A stretch of DNA of 64,000 nt from Squalus acanthias (GCA_030390025.1 CM059431.1:133612001-133676000); one strand, 5' to 3'. Numbered from the stretch's first letter, positions 25,650 to 37,920 are shown. Notes: generated by a model not told the origin, from the letters alone. A program made the numbers and translations.

Positions 25650-26443
25650 TGGGCTAGGGATGTGAAATTTCCCAAAACAGAAAATCTCCCTTTTAGAGCC
25701 CTCCCCTCCCAAAACATTTTTGGGAACCTCCTGTCATCTCACATTCTCTCTATTTTTCCCCAGTTCTCCACCTTTTCTCCCTTCTTCTGCTGAACTCCTG
25801 CCCCTTGGCATCTGGCAACTTTGCAGCTCCGGATAAGAAAGGGGTTAACTGTTGATTGGTCCCAGATCTTGGTGCAGTTCAGCTCATAGAGCAGTGAGAT
25901 CTTCAGCATAAATCATTCTGTTTTGATTTATCTTCCAGGCCCAGATCCATGCTTCCCTCCCCACCGCCGATGCTCCGGCCCCGATCCTCCCTCCCTCCTC
26001 CTTCATCCCGATCCTCCAGCTCTCATTCATTCTTCCCTCCAGCCCCGGTGCTCCGGAGTCTGCCCTGATGCTCCGGAGTCTGGCCCCGCTCCATTCTTCC
26101 CACCCTCCCGATCCTCCGGCCCCGCTCCATTCTTCCCACCCCCGATACTCCGGCCCCGATCCTCTTTCCCCCTTCCGATCCTCCTCGGGCCCCCAAACAA
26201 CCCCCGGCCCCCACCCGATCCCTCCCTCCCTCCTCTATGTGGCCTAATGCCGCAAGTCTACCCGCCCGGAGCCAGCCAGCCTCTACATCTGGCTGGCTGC
26301 AGGTGGGAAACAGACCTTTGAAATGCTAATCAGGCCCTGCCATTAATTTCATCATGGCCTACAGGAAACCCGTTCTTCCGGGTTTCTCGTTCACTTCCTA
26401 GCGCCACTGCTCCCAACCCACCTCCCGATTAAAATTCCAGCCA
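25650..26443. mobile_element. Probable Harbinger-type MITE with C-rich CCGATC/CTCCGGCCCC repeats
   Basis: Right end AAAATTCCAGCC resembles other Harbinger TIRs here; left end uncertain. Confidence 0.4.
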
Positions 26444-26930
26444 ATAATCCGGGACAAAATTAATTCGCATTTGGTAAAGTATGGGCCAATAAATGAAAGT
26501 CAGCATGGATTTGTTAAAGGCAAATCATGTTTGACTAACTTGTTCGAGTTCTTTGATGAAGTAATGAAGAGGATTGATGAGGGTAGTATAGTTGATGCTG
26601 TGTATATGGACTTTCAAAAGGCGTTTGACAAAGTACCGCATAATAGACTTGTTAGGAAAATTAAAGGATTCAAGGGACAGTGGATATAAAATTGGCTAAG
26701 AGATAGAAAGCAGAGAGTAATGGTGAATGGTTATTTTTCAGACTGGAGGGAAGTATGCAGTGATGTCCCCCGGGGCTGGGCATTAGGACCACTGCCTTTT
26801 TTTGATATATATTAATGACCTTACCTTGGGTATAGAAACATAGAAACATAGAAAATAGGTACAGGAGTAGACCATTCGGTCCTTCGAGCCTGCACCGCCA
26901 TTCAATGCATTCATGGCTGAACATGCTACC

Positions 26931-29867
26931 TCAGTACCCCATTCCTGCTTTCTCGCCATACCCCTTGATCCCCCTAGTTGTGAGTGTTATATCTAACTCC
27001 CTTTTGAATATATTTAGCGAGCTGGCCTCAACAACCTTCTGTGGAAGAGAATTCCATAGATTCACCACTCTCTGGGTGAAGAAGTTCCTCCTCAGCTCAG
27101 TCTTAAATGGCTTCCCCTTAATCCTTAGACTGTGACCCCTGGTTCTAGTTTTCCCTAACATTGGGAACATTCTGCCCGCATCTAATTTGTCTAAACCAGT
27201 TAGGATTTTAAATGTCTCTATAAGATCCCCCCTCATTCTTCTGAACTCCAGAGGATACAAGTTCAGTTGACCCAATCTTTCTTGATATGTCAGTCCGGCC
27301 ATCCCAGGAATCAATCTAGTGAACCTTCGCTGCACTCCCTCAATAGCAAGAATGTCCTTCCTTAAGTTAGGAGACCAAAACTGCGCACAATACTCCAGGT
27401 GTGGCCTCACCAAGGCCCTGTACAACTGCAGCATCACCTCCCTACTCCTGTACTCAAATCCCCTTACTATGAAGGCCATCATTCCGTTTGCTTTCTTGAC
27501 TGCCTGCTGCACTTGCATTCCCACCTTCAGTGACTGATGTACCATGACGCCCAGGTCTCGTTGCACCTCCCCTTTCCCTAATCTGCCACCATTCAGGTAA
27601 TAGTCCGCCTCTCTATTTTTACCACCAAAGTGGATAACCTCACATTTATCCACATTGTACTTCATCTGCCATACATTTGCCCATTCACCCAATCTGTCCA
27701 AGTCACTCTGTAGCCTCCTAGCATCCTCCTCATTGTTCACACTGCCTCCCAATTTAGTGTCATCCGCAAATTTGGAGATATTACATTTAATCCCTTCGTC
27801 CAAATCATTAATATATAATGTAAACAGCTGGGGTCCCAGCACCGAACCCTGCGGTACCCCACTGGTCACTGCCTGCCATTCTGAAAAGTACCCATTTACT
27901 CCTACTCTTTGTTTCCTGTGTGCCAACCAGTTCTCAATCCACGTCAACACATTACCCCCAATCCCATGTGCTTTAATTTTGCTCACCAATCTCTTGTGTG
28001 GGACCTTGTCGAAGGCCTTCTGAAAGTCCAAATACACCACATCTACTGGTTCCCCCCTGTCCACCCTATTGGAAACATCCTCAAAAAATTCCAGAAGATT
28101 TGTCAAGCATGATTTCCCTTTCACAAATCCATGCTGACTTGGACCTATCATGTCGCCACTTTCCAAATGGTCTGTTATGACATCTTTAATAATTGCTTCC
28201 ATCATTTTACCCACGACCGATGTCAGGCTGACCGGTCTATAATTCCCTGCTTTCTCCCTCCCTCCTTTTTTAAAAAGAGGGGTTACATTGGCCACCCTCC
28301 ACTCCATCGGAACTGATCCAGAGTCTAAGGAATGTTGGAAAATGATCGTCAATGCATCCACTATTTCCAAGGCCACCTCCTTAAGTACTCTGGGATGCAG
28401 ACCATCAGGCCCCGGGGATTTTTCAGCCTTCAGTCCCATCAATTTCCCCAATACCTTTTCCCGACTAATAAGGATTTCCCTCAGCTCCTCCCTCTTACCA
28501 GATCCTCTGACCCCTTTTATTTCCGGCAGGTTGTGTGTGTCCTCCACAGTAAATACCGAACCAAAGTACTTGTTCAATTGATCTGCCATTTCCTTGTTCC
28601 CCATTACGACTTGCCCTGTTTCCGACTGCAGGGGACCTACGTTTGTTTTTACTAACCTCTTTCTTTTTACATATTTATAGAAGCTTTTGCAGTCCATTTT
28701 AATGTTCTCTGCAAGCTTCCTTTCATATTTTATTTTCCCTGCCCTAATCAAACCCTTCGTCCTCCTTTGCTGAGTTTTGAAGTTCTCCCAGTCCCTGGGT
28801 TTGCTGCTACTTCTGGCCAATTTGTATGCAACTTCCTTGGTTTTAATACTATCCCTGATTTCCCTTGTTAGCCATGGTTGAGCCACCTTCCCTTTTTTAT
28901 TTTTACACCAGACCGGGATGTACAATTGTTGTAGTTCATCCATGCGATCTCTAAATGTCTGCCATTGCCCTTCCACTGATAGCCCCTTAAATATCGCTTG
29001 CCAATTTAACCTCGCCAATTCACGCCTCATACCATCAAAGTTGCCCTTATTTAAGTTCTGGACCATGGTCTCTGACTTAACTGTTTCCTTCTCCATCCTA
29101 ATGTAGAACTCCACCATACTATGGTCACTCTTCCCCAGGGGGCCTCGTACCACAAGATTGCTGATTAGTCCTTCCTCATTACACAACACCCAGTCCAGGA
29201 TGGCCTCCCCTCGAGTTGGTTCCTCAACATATTGGTTTAGGAAACCATCCCTTAAACACTCCAGGAAATCCTCCTCCACCGTATTGCTTCCAGTTTGAGT
29301 AGCCCAATCTATATGCATATTAAAGTCACCCATGATAACTGCCGTGCCTTTTTTGCATGCACCTCTGATTTCCTGTTTCATACCCTCCCCCACCTCACTA
29401 CTGCTGTTTGGAGGTCTGTACACAACTCCCACTAACGTTTTCTGCCCTTTGGTGTTCTGCAGCTCAACCCATATTGATTCCACATCCTCCAAGCTGATGT
29501 CCTTCCTAGCTATTGCATTAATCTCCTCTTTAACCAGCAATGCTACCCCACCCCCTTTTCCTTTTATTCTATCCTTTCTGAATGTTGAATACCCCTGGAT
29601 GTTCAGTTCCCAGCCTTGATTGTTCTGGAGCCACGTCTCTGTAATCCCAATCACATCGTATCCGTTAACATCTATTTGCACAGTCAATTCATCCACCTTA
29701 TTACGGATACTCCTTGCATTAAGACACAGAGCCTTTAGGCTTATTTTATTAACATCCTTTGTCCTTTTAGACTTATGATTTAGTATGGCCCTTTGTGTTT
29801 CTTGCCTTTGTTTACTCGGCCTTCCCCTATTGTTTCTCACCCTTCTAACATTTGTTTCTGACTGCAT
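26931..29867 (-). CDS. CR1 ORF2: AP endonuclease + reverse transcriptase, 978 aa, uninterrupted
   Basis: NARS, GITETW, VYRPP, MGDFN, SDH (APE); YLDFQKAFD, GVPQGSVLGP, KFADD (RT). Confidence 0.95.
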   Translation of the reverse strand: MQSETNVRRVRNNRGRPSKQRQETQRAILNHKSKRTKDVNKISLKALCLNARSIRNKVDELTVQIDVNGYDVIGITETWLQNNQGWELNIQGYSTFRKDRIKGKGGGVALLVKEEINAIARKDISLEDVESIWVELQNTKGQKTLVGVVYRPPNSSSEVGEGMKQEIRGACKKGTAVIMGDFNMHIDWATQTGSNTVEEDFLECLRDGFLNQYVEEPTRGEAILDWVLCNEEGLISNLVVRGPLGKSDHSMVEFYIRMEKETVKSETMVQNLNKGNFDGMRRELARLNWQAIFKGLSVEGQWQTFRDRMDELQQLYIPVWCKNKKGKVAQPWLTREIRDSIKTKEVAYKLARSSSKPRDWENFKTQQRRTKGLIRAGKIKYERKLAENIKMDCKSFYKYVKRKRLVKTNVGPLQSETGQVVMGNKEMADQLNKYFGSVFTVEDTHNLPEIKGVRGSGKREELREILISREKVLGKLMGLKAEKSPGPDGLHPRVLKEVALEIVDALTIIFQHSLDSGSVPMEWRVANVTPLFKKGGREKAGNYRPVSLTSVVGKMMEAIIKDVITDHLESGDMIGPSQHGFVKGKSCLTNLLEFFEDVSNRVDRGEPVDVVYLDFQKAFDKVPHKRLVSKIKAHGIGGNVLTWIENWLAHRKQRVGVNGYFSEWQAVTSGVPQGSVLGPQLFTLYINDLDEGIKCNISKFADDTKLGGSVNNEEDARRLQSDLDRLGEWANVWQMKYNVDKCEVIHFGGKNREADYYLNGGRLGKGEVQRDLGVMVHQSLKVGMQVQQAVKKANGMMAFIVRGFEYRSREVMLQLYRALVRPHLEYCAQFWSPNLRKDILAIEGVQRRFTRLIPGMAGLTYQERLGQLNLYPLEFRRMRGDLIETFKILTGLDKLDAGRMFPMLGKTRTRGHSLRIKGKPFKTELRRNFFTQRVVNLWNSLPQKVVEASSLNIFKRELDITLTTRGIKGYGEKAGMGY

Positions 29868-29914
29868 ATTACTTCCCCCTGTTTCGCTACATAGGTTCCC
29901 CTTCCCCTGCCATA

Positions 29915-30439
29915 TTAGTTTAAATCCTCCCGAACTGCTTTAGCAAATATTACCCCGAGGACATCGGTTCCAGTCCTGCCCAAGTGCAGACCGTCCCTTT
30001 TGTACAGGTCCCACTTCCCCCAGAACTGGTTCCAATGCCTCAGGAATTTGAATCCCTCCCTCCTGCACCACTGCTCAAGCCACGTATTCAATCTCACTAT
30101 CCTGTTCTCTCTATTCTGATTAGCTCGTGGCCCTGGTAGCAATCCAGAGATTACTACCTTAGAGGTCCTACTTTTTAATTTAGCTCCTAGCTCCCTAAAT
30201 TCTGCTTGTAGGACCTCTTCCCGCTTTTTACCTATATCGTTGGTACCTACATGCACCACGACAGCTGGCTGTTCACCCTCCCTCTTCAGAATGTTCTGCA
30301 GCCGCTCCGAGACATCCTTGACCCTTGCACCAGGGAGGCAACATACCATCCTGGAATCTCGGTTGCGGCCACAGAAACTCCTGTCTATTCCCCTTACAAT
30401 TGAGTCCCCTATCACTATAGCCCTACCACTCTTTTTCCC
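29915..30439 (-). CDS. CR1 ORF1 C-terminal SGNH/GDSL esterase domain (partial)
   Basis: VIGDSIVRG, CLPGA, HVGTND, DGLHL. Confidence 0.9.
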   Translation of the reverse strand, partial: GKKSGRAIVIGDSIVRGIDRSFCGRNRDSRMVCCLPGARVKDVSERLQNILKREGEQPAVVVHVGTNDIGKKREEVLQAEFRELGAKLKSRTSKVVISGLLPGPRANQNRENRIVRLNTWLEQWCRREGFKFLRHWNQFWGKWDLYKRDGLHLGRTGTDVLGVIFAKAVREDLN

Positions 30440-31586
30440 GTATACAGGGCAAAATTTCAAAATTTGCAGATGACACAAAACTCGGAAATGTAGTAAACAA
30501 TGAGGATAGTAACAGACTTCAGGAGGACATAGACAGACTGGTGAAATGGCCAGACACATGGCAGATGAAATTTAACACAGAGAAAAGTGAAGTGATACAT
30601 TTTGGTATGAAGAATGAGGAGAGGCAATATGAACTATATGGTACAATTTTAAAGCGGGTGCAGGAACAGAGGGACCTGGGGCGTATGTACACAAATCTTT
30701 GAAGGTGGCAGGATAAGTTGAGAAGGCTGTTGAAAAAGCATATGGGATCCTTGGCTTTATTAATCAAGGAATAGAATACAAAAGCAAGGAAGTTATGTTA
30801 AACCTTTATAAAACACTGGTTAGGCCTCAGCTGGAGTATTGTGTTCAATTCTGGGCACCACACTTTAGGAAAGATGTCAAGGCCTTAGAGAGGGTGCAGA
30901 CGAGATTGACTAGAATGGCACCAGGGATGAGGGAAATCAGTTCTCTGGAGAGACTCAAGAAGCTGGGGTTGTTCTCCTTAGAGCAGAGAATGTTAAGAGG
31001 AGATCTGATAGAGGTGTTCAAAATCATGAACGGATTTGCTAGAGTAAATAAGGAGAAACCGTTTCCAGTGGCAGAAGGATCGGTAACCAGAGGATACAGA
31101 TTTAAGGTGATTCGCAAAAGAACCAGAGGTGAAATGAGGAAACATTTTTTTATACAGCGAGTTGTTGTGATCTGGAATGCACTGCCTGCAAGGGCAGTGG
31201 AAGCAGATTCAATAGTAACTTTCAAAAGAAAATTGGATAAATACTTGAAGGAAAAAAAAATTACAGGGCTATGGGGAAAGAGCAGGGGAGTGGGACTAAT
31301 TGGATAGCTCTACCAAAGAGCTGGCACAGGCATGATGGGCCAAATGGCCTCCTTCTGTGCTGTATCATTCTATGATTCTATGAATACAGGCCTCTGCCAA
31401 CTGTTTTCATGTACAGCACCCACATGGTGCATGTTTCTGTCTTCTCAACACCTATGGCTAACACCTCAATGTATGCGATGCCACTAATGTCAACTACTAA
31501 ATACATGCCTCTGCTTTTGTAGGAGAAGAGAGTGCATGGAAAGAGGTAGAATATGAGAATGAGGGTTGGATCAGCAAAGTTGTATC

Positions 31587-32420
31587 TTAGGAACATAGGA
31601 ACAGGAGTAGGCCATTTAGCCCCTCGAGCTTGTTCCGCCATTCAATGAGATCATGGCTGATCTGCGGCCTAACTCCATATACCCGCCTTTGCCCCATATC
31701 CCTTAATACCTTTGATTAACAAAAATCTATCAATCTCAGATTTAAAATTAACAATTGATCTACCATCAATTGCCACTTGCGGAAGAGAGTTCCAAACTTC
31801 TACCACCCTTTGTGTGTAGAAGTGTTTCCTAATTTCACTCCTGAAAGGTCTGGCTCTAATTTTTAGACTATGCCCCCCTAGTCCTAGACTCCCCAACCAG
31901 CGGAAATAGTTTCTCTCTATCTACCCTATCTGTTCCCCTTAATATCTTGAAAACTTCGATCAGAACACCCCAACCTTCTAAATTCCAGGGAATACAACCC
32001 TAGTTTGTGTAATCTCTCCTCATAATTTAACCCCTGGAGTCTGGGTATCATTCTGGTAAACCTATGTTGCACTCCCTCAAAGGCTTTCTAAGGTGTGGTG
32101 CCCAGAACTGCTCACAGTTCTCCAGGTGTGGTCGAACCAGGGCTTTGTACAGCTGCAGCATAACTTCTACCCCCTTATATTCTAGTCCTCTAGATATAAA
32201 GGCCAGCATCCCATTAGCCTTTTTGATTATTTTCTGTAGCTGTTCATGACATTTCAATGATCTATGTACTTGGACCACCAAGTCTCTTTGGATCTCCACT
32301 GTTTTTAGCTTGTCACCATTTAGAAAGTACTCTGATCTATCCTTTTTAGGTCCAAAGTGGATGACCTCACACTTGCCTACATTGAAATTCATTTGCCACA
32401 GTTTTGCCCATTCTTTAATC
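31587..32420 (-). mobile_element. CR1 3' fragment, same subfamily as 18486-19330
   Basis: WQMNFNVGKCEVIHFGPKKDR shared with the 18.5-19.3 kb copy. Confidence 0.9.
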
Positions 32421-32520
32421 TGTTCTGTCGAAAGGTCATCGACCTGAATCGTTAACTCTGTTTCTCTCTCCACAGATGCTGCCTGACCTGCTGAGTATTT
32501 CCAGCACTTTGTTTTTATTT
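32421..32520 (+). mobile_element. Penelope 3'-terminal fragment with mutated hammerhead
   Basis: CTGTCGA-A-AGGTCATCGACCT-GAATCGTTAACTCTG; matches 2287-2387. Confidence 0.75.
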
Positions 32521-32617
32521 CAATGTTCCTCCTAATTTTTTTTGGGTGCGCAGTCCCTTTAACGGGCTGCGCGAGCCCTTCAGACAACTGCGCGGCCGCA
32601 CAGCTTAGTGAGCACAG
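32521..32617. mobile_element. Short hAT-like MITE related to 22825-22993
   Basis: Begins CAATGTTCCTCCTAA and ends GCACAGCTTAGTGAGCACA. Confidence 0.5.
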
Positions 32618-32869
32618 GGGTGATGGGTAAATAGGACTTGCTGCATATTAGGATATGTGCAGCAGAGTTTGGATGAGCTCAAGTTCATTGAGGCTGGAAG
32701 ATGGGAGGCTGGCCAAGAGAACATTGGAATAGTCGAGTCCGGCAAATAACACGTAAATGTAATGTTATGCATGTTGTAGGACCAACACAGAATATGCTCT
32801 CATTTAAAAAATTCATTTATTTATTGCCCATCCATAGTTGCCCTTCAGAGGGTGATAGTCAGCTGGATC

Positions 32870-33300
32870 ACATTCTTCCTCCCTCCCCATTCTTTTCACC
32901 GAGCTCCCCCCCAACAAGTTCCTGACCTTCTCTCCCAGAGCTCCTGACCTCCCCCGCCCCGAGCTCCTGACCTCCTCCCCCCGCCCTGAGCTCCTCTCTC
33001 CGCCCCCCGATCCCCTCTCCTCCCCCCCTGATCCCCTCTCCTCCCCCCCTGATCCCCTCTCCTCCCTCCGATCCCCTCTCCTCCTCCCTCCGATCTCCTT
33101 TCCTGCCTCCGATCCCCTCTCCTCCTCCCTCCGATCTCCTTTCCTGCCTCCGATCCCCTCTCCTCCTCCCTCCGATCTCCTTTCCTGCCTCCGATCCCCT
33201 CTCCTCCTCCCTCCGATCTCCTTTCCTGCCTCCGTTCTCCTCTCTCTCCCCGCCCTGATCTCCTCTCTGCCCCCTCCGATCTCCTCTCTCTCTCTCCCTC
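32870..33300. repeat. Pyrimidine-rich minisatellite
   Basis: Four copies of 41-bp CCGATCCCCTCTCCTCCTCCCTCCGATCTCCTTTCCTGCCT (33068-33231), preceded by ~21-bp GATCCCCTCTCCTCCCCCCCT units. Confidence 0.9.
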
Positions 33301-33756
33301 CTTGAATTTCCACTCCTCCCCCACCCCCGGCCACCAACCTGATCCCCTGACTTTCTCCGCACGGAGCCGAGGAAAGTGTGGTGGTGCAGGCCGCAACCGC
33401 CGCATTGTTTGTTGCTGCACATGCACGACTGGATCGAGTGTGCATGCGCAGAGAGTCAACAATGCATTGAAAATAATCACTCCGTACAAATAACATCCAT
33501 GGACATTCCCCTGTCTACTACTTTAGTCACCTCTTCAAAAAATTCAATCAGGTTCGTCATGCGTGACCTACCTTTACAAATCCATGCTGGCTCTCTTTGA
33601 TGAGCTGAAAATTTTCAAGGTGTTCAGTCAACCTATCCTTAATTATAATCTCTAGTAATTTCCTGACAACAGATGTTAGGCTAACTGGTCAATATATCCC
33701 TGGTTTCCTTGTCTCACCATTCTTAAATAGTGGAGTAACATGCACAATTTTCCAAT

Positions 33757-34800
33757 TTTTTTTTATTCGTTCCTGGGATGTGGGCGCCGCTGGCATGGCC
33801 AGCCTTTATTGTCCATCCCTAATTACCCTTGAGAAGGTGGTGGTGAACAGCCTTCTTGAACCACTGCAGTACACGTGGTGAAGGTACTCCCATAGCGCTG
33901 TAAGGGAGGGAGTTCCAGGATTTTGACCCAGCAACTATGAAGGAACGGCGATATACTTCCAAGTCAGGATGGTGTGTAACTTGGAGGGGAACTTGGAGGT
34001 GAAGGCCTGCTGCCCTTGTCCTTCTAGGTGGTAGAGGTCGCGGGTTTGGAAGGTGCTGTCGAAGAAGCCTTGGCGAGTTGCTGCAGTGCATCTTGTAGAT
34101 GGTACACACTGCAGCCACGGTACGCCGGTGGTGGAGGGAGTGAATGTTTAAGGTGGTGGATGGGGTGCCAATGAAGCGGGCTGCTTTGTCCTGGATGGTG
34201 TCGCGCTTCTTGAGTGTTGTTGGAGCTGCACTGATCCAGGCAAGTGGAGAGTATTCCATCACACTCCTGACTTTTGCCTTGTAGATGGTGGAAAGTCTTT
34301 GGGGAGTCAGATGGTGAGACATTCGCCATAGAATACCTAGCCTCTGACCTGCTCTTGTAGCCACAGTATTTATGTGGCTGGCCCAGTTAAGTTTCTGGTC
34401 AATGGTAACCCCCAGGATGTTGATGTTAGGGGATTTGGCGATGGTAATGCTGTTGAATGTCATGGGCGGTGGTTAGATGCGCTCTTGTTGGAGACAAGCC
34501 TGAATGTCGTCCAGGTCTTGTTGTATGCGGGCATAGACTGCTTCGTTATCTGAGGAGATGTGAATGGAACTGAACACTGTGCAAACATCAGCAAACATCC
34601 CCACTTCTGACCTTATGATGGAGGGAAGGTCATTGATGAAGCAGCTGAAGATGGTTGGGCCTAGGACACTGCCCTGAGGAACTCCTGCAGTGATGTCCTG
34701 GGGCTGAGATGATTGGCCTCCAACAACCACAACCATCTTCCTTTGTGCTAGATATGACTCCAGCCAGTGGAGAACTTTTCCTTGGATTCCTATTGACTTC
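33757..34800 (-). mobile_element. 3' fragment of the tRNA-headed CR1-group LINE family, inside a CR1 remnant (~33495-35000)
   Basis: GVPQGSVLGPTIFSCFIND, YKAKVRSVMEYSPLAW; poly(T) on + strand at 33757. Confidence 0.88.
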
Positions 34801-35426
34801 AGGAACGGTTCCTGAATCGAGAGAACTTTGGCAGATTATAGTTAGGGCATCTGCAATGTGCTCACCTACTTCCTTTAAAACCCTGGGATGGAAACCATCT
34901 GGTCCTGGGGATTTGTCACTCTTTCATGCCATTATTTTCTTCATTACTGTTATTTTGCTTACGTTAATTTTGTTTAGTCCCTGTCCCTGATTGGGATTTC
35001 CGGCATGCGAGCAGGGAAGTGCGGGTGGCCCATGAAAGGGATGATGCTGAGAGAGGACATGGAAGTGGGGGCTCTGCTCAAACTGCTCCCGCTTCTCCCC
35101 CATTGCCTCCTCCTCAGTCAGAGCCCCACATGCTGCCTCGGATCCCGATGGCCGAGTCTGCCCCTACATAGGTGCCGTCATTGAGGAGCAGTCATTGGCG
35201 GGGCCTCACAGGCTCCAAAATGCAGAGGATGTCCGCCAAAAGTGTCTAATCAGTCAGAGCAGGGAAGTGAGCAGCCTGCCTCTACCTCTGCTGACGCCAC
35301 AGGGGGTGCACCTCGTAGAAGTAGTAGAAAAAGAAAAATGACACAATTGTAGATGCACAAGGGGCTGCACATGTGTGTTCCAAAACGTTAGAGGGTTAAG
35401 TTTCATTTGTATTTATGAGCCATATA

Positions 35427-35994
35427 CAGGAAACTCTTGTTTAACCGGCACCTAAATATCCGGAATTCTCTCTTAACCGGCAAAAATCATACTCCGAAAA
35501 CTCCTCTCAAATAACCGGCAATGTTGCCGAGTCCGAGTCCGAGTCTCCCGCGAACGCCGAGTACGCCGAAAACTCCTCTCAAATAACCGGCAATGTTGCC
35601 GAGTCCGAGTCTGAGTCTCCCGCGAACGCCGAGTTAGTCAGTGGGGGTAGTTCTCCAAAATGCCACTACTCAGCCTCCTGGCGCTGTCGGAAGTCCGAAC
35701 ACTGCAGTAACAGGAGTCTGATTCTCCCGCGCTGCCGGGAGTCTCACTTACTGTTAAGTAATTAAAGAGTTATGGATTACCCTCAACTGGCAGTACTGTA
35801 CTTAATCAAGCATCTTCCACCATCCATTTAACACAACATTCTGTAGGTGAGTAACCAAATACTGTATACTGCACATTTCTTGATTTTTTTATGTTAAAAA
35901 TAGCCTCGGTAGATATAACTCTCCGTTATCCGGAACTTTCGATCAACCGGCACCACGCCGGTCCCGTCGGTGCCGGATACCAAACAGTTTCCTG
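35427..35994. mobile_element. Tc1/mariner (Tigger/pogo-like) MITE
   Basis: Imperfect 26-bp TIR CAGGAAACT..CCGGCACC; TA on both sides; internal ~72-bp tandem duplication at 35494-35633. Confidence 0.82.
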
Positions 35995-36473
35995 TAAATT
36001 AATTTATTTGCACCACTTTCCTGTCTTGTCCATTTTTGCCTGCTATCTGGTAAGTGGCCTTGTCAGTTGGAGTGAATGTTGAGACATTACTTAACTTCGA
36101 GCAATGGGTGTGTGTGTGTGACAGGAATGGTTTGGCCATTTTAGGACTGCTTTGTGGTTTGCAAAGGAAGGAGGATGGTTCAGCATCTGGGTGCCATATG
36201 GGTGCACTGGTGCAACTTAACTAAATTGTGTCATTATGAGGCCATCCCGGGCCTCCCGGGCAGCAATGTGCGCTGCTGCAGGTGCCACCTCCACCTCAGG
36301 TTCCTCCTTCTCCTCCTTGTGTTCCACTTGCTCCTCCTCCTCCTCATCGTCCTCTGAAGAGACTGTGCGCTCTGTGCCTTGCTCCTCCCGCAGCTCCAAT
36401 CCTCGCTGCTGTGCTTTGTTGTGCAGAGCGCTGTATACGACGATCATTCTGGAGACCCTGGCTGGTGCGTATT

Positions 36474-36916
36474 GAGTATTGTGTGCAGTTTTGGTCGCCT
36501 TATCTGAGGAAGGATGTTCTTGCCATGGAGGGTGTGCAGCGAAGATTTACCAGACTGATACCTGGGATGGCAGGAATGACGTGTGAAGAGAGATTGGGTC
36601 GATTGGGCTTATGCTCGCTGGAGCTTAGAAGGATGAGAAGAGATCTCATTGAGATGAGGAGGAATTTCTTCACCCAGAGAGTGGTGAACCTGTGGAATTC
36701 TCTACCACAGAAGGCAGTTGAGGCCAATTCATTAAATATATTCAAGAAGGAGTTAGATATATTTCTTAAGGCTAAAGGGATCAAGGGATATGGGGAGAAG
36801 GCAGGGACAGGGTACTGAGTTTGGATGATCAGCCATGATCTCATCGAATGGCGGAGCAGGCTCGAGGGGCCGAATGGCCTACTCCTGCTCCTACCTTCTA
36901 TGTTTCTATGTTTCTA
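36474..36916 (+). mobile_element. CR1 3' fragment with internal deletion, inside Harbinger A transposase
   Basis: [14 protein letters not shown]; octamer tail; TGA at both junctions. Confidence 0.9.
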
Positions 36917-37920
36917 TGAAGGGCTCCTCCAGATCTGTCCAGGCATCTGAAGCGCATCTTCGGCATCCCGAATGCTTGCTCTATTACAAATGTTGTCATC
37001 ATTTGGCTTTGATTGTAGCGCTCTTCGGCCTCATTGCTTGACCTCCTCAAGGATGTCATCAGCTATGTCTTCAGTGGATAGTCCTAGTCTCCAAGCAGCC
37101 AGCCGGTAAGTCTGGCTGGAGGTGCAAAGTGCTGAGGGAGGGTGGACTGGCACAGGATGAATGAATCATGACAGCTCCCTGGGAGTATGGTGCACATATG
37201 CATGATGATCTTTTTGTGGTTGCAGACGAGCTGCATATTGAGGGAGTATAAGCCCTTCCGGTTTATGAACGCTCCTGGGTGATCTGGGGGTGCCCCGATG
37301 AGCACATGTGTGCAGTCGATGACGCCCTGCACCTGTGGGAATCCAGCCAGAGCCGCAAAGCCGAGCGCCCGCTCCGTCACACTGGCTTCATCAGTGGCAA
37401 AGTCTACATAAATGCCTGACTTGTGAAACATGGCATCGGTCACCTGGGTGATGCATCTGTGGGCGGCCGACTGCGAGATCCTGGAAGTGTCTGCTGCAGA
37501 TCCCTGGAAGGAGCCTGAGGCGAAGAAGTTGAGGGCAGTGGTGACTTTGATAGCTGCTGGAAAGGTGTGTCCACCAGGTCCACTTGGCAGCAGGTCTTCT
37601 TCCAGCAAGCTAGAAATGTCTGCCACAACCTGATGCGATAGCCTGAGCCTCCTAAGGCACTGCTGTTCAGTCATTTCCAGGAAGCTCATCCTCTGCCTAT
37701 ATACCCTGTGTTGGGGGTATCACCTCCGACGACGTGCACCCCTGTGCGCAACCCCTCTCTCCTGTGGAGCGGCAGGTCGGTGAGGAGAAAGCTGCTGCTG
37801 CTTCTGCTGGTGTTGTTGCTGCTGCTTCTGCTGGTGTTGTTGGTGCTGGGGCTCATCTTGGTCCGAATCTGAGGTCCAAGGTGAAACAGCATACGCAGCA
37901 CCCATGCTGATCTGATAGAT

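Larger units (their letters stand above)
26833..30439 (-). mobile_element. Near full-length young CR1 LINE (HER1-like), truncated within ORF1
   Basis: Partial ORF1, intact ORF2, short 3' UTR and (TTCTATGT)n tail. Confidence 0.95.
26444..31385 (+). mobile_element. Older CR1 (26444-26832 and 30440-31385) split by a younger antisense CR1
   Basis: SQHGFVKGKSCLTNL on the left; KFADD and LVRPQLEYC on the right; GTATA duplicated at the junctions. Confidence 0.88.

Noticed and set aside
27319..29619. Multiple + strand ORFs opposite CR1 ORF2
   Set aside because: Antisense shadows of the coding strand that recur in every CR1 copy.
33068..33231. CRISPR-like array
   Set aside because: Contiguous identical units with no unique spacers, in eukaryotic context.
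32813..33496. Three overlapping long G/E/R-rich ORFs on the minus strand
   Set aside because: They result from a stop-free purine minisatellite open in all frames.
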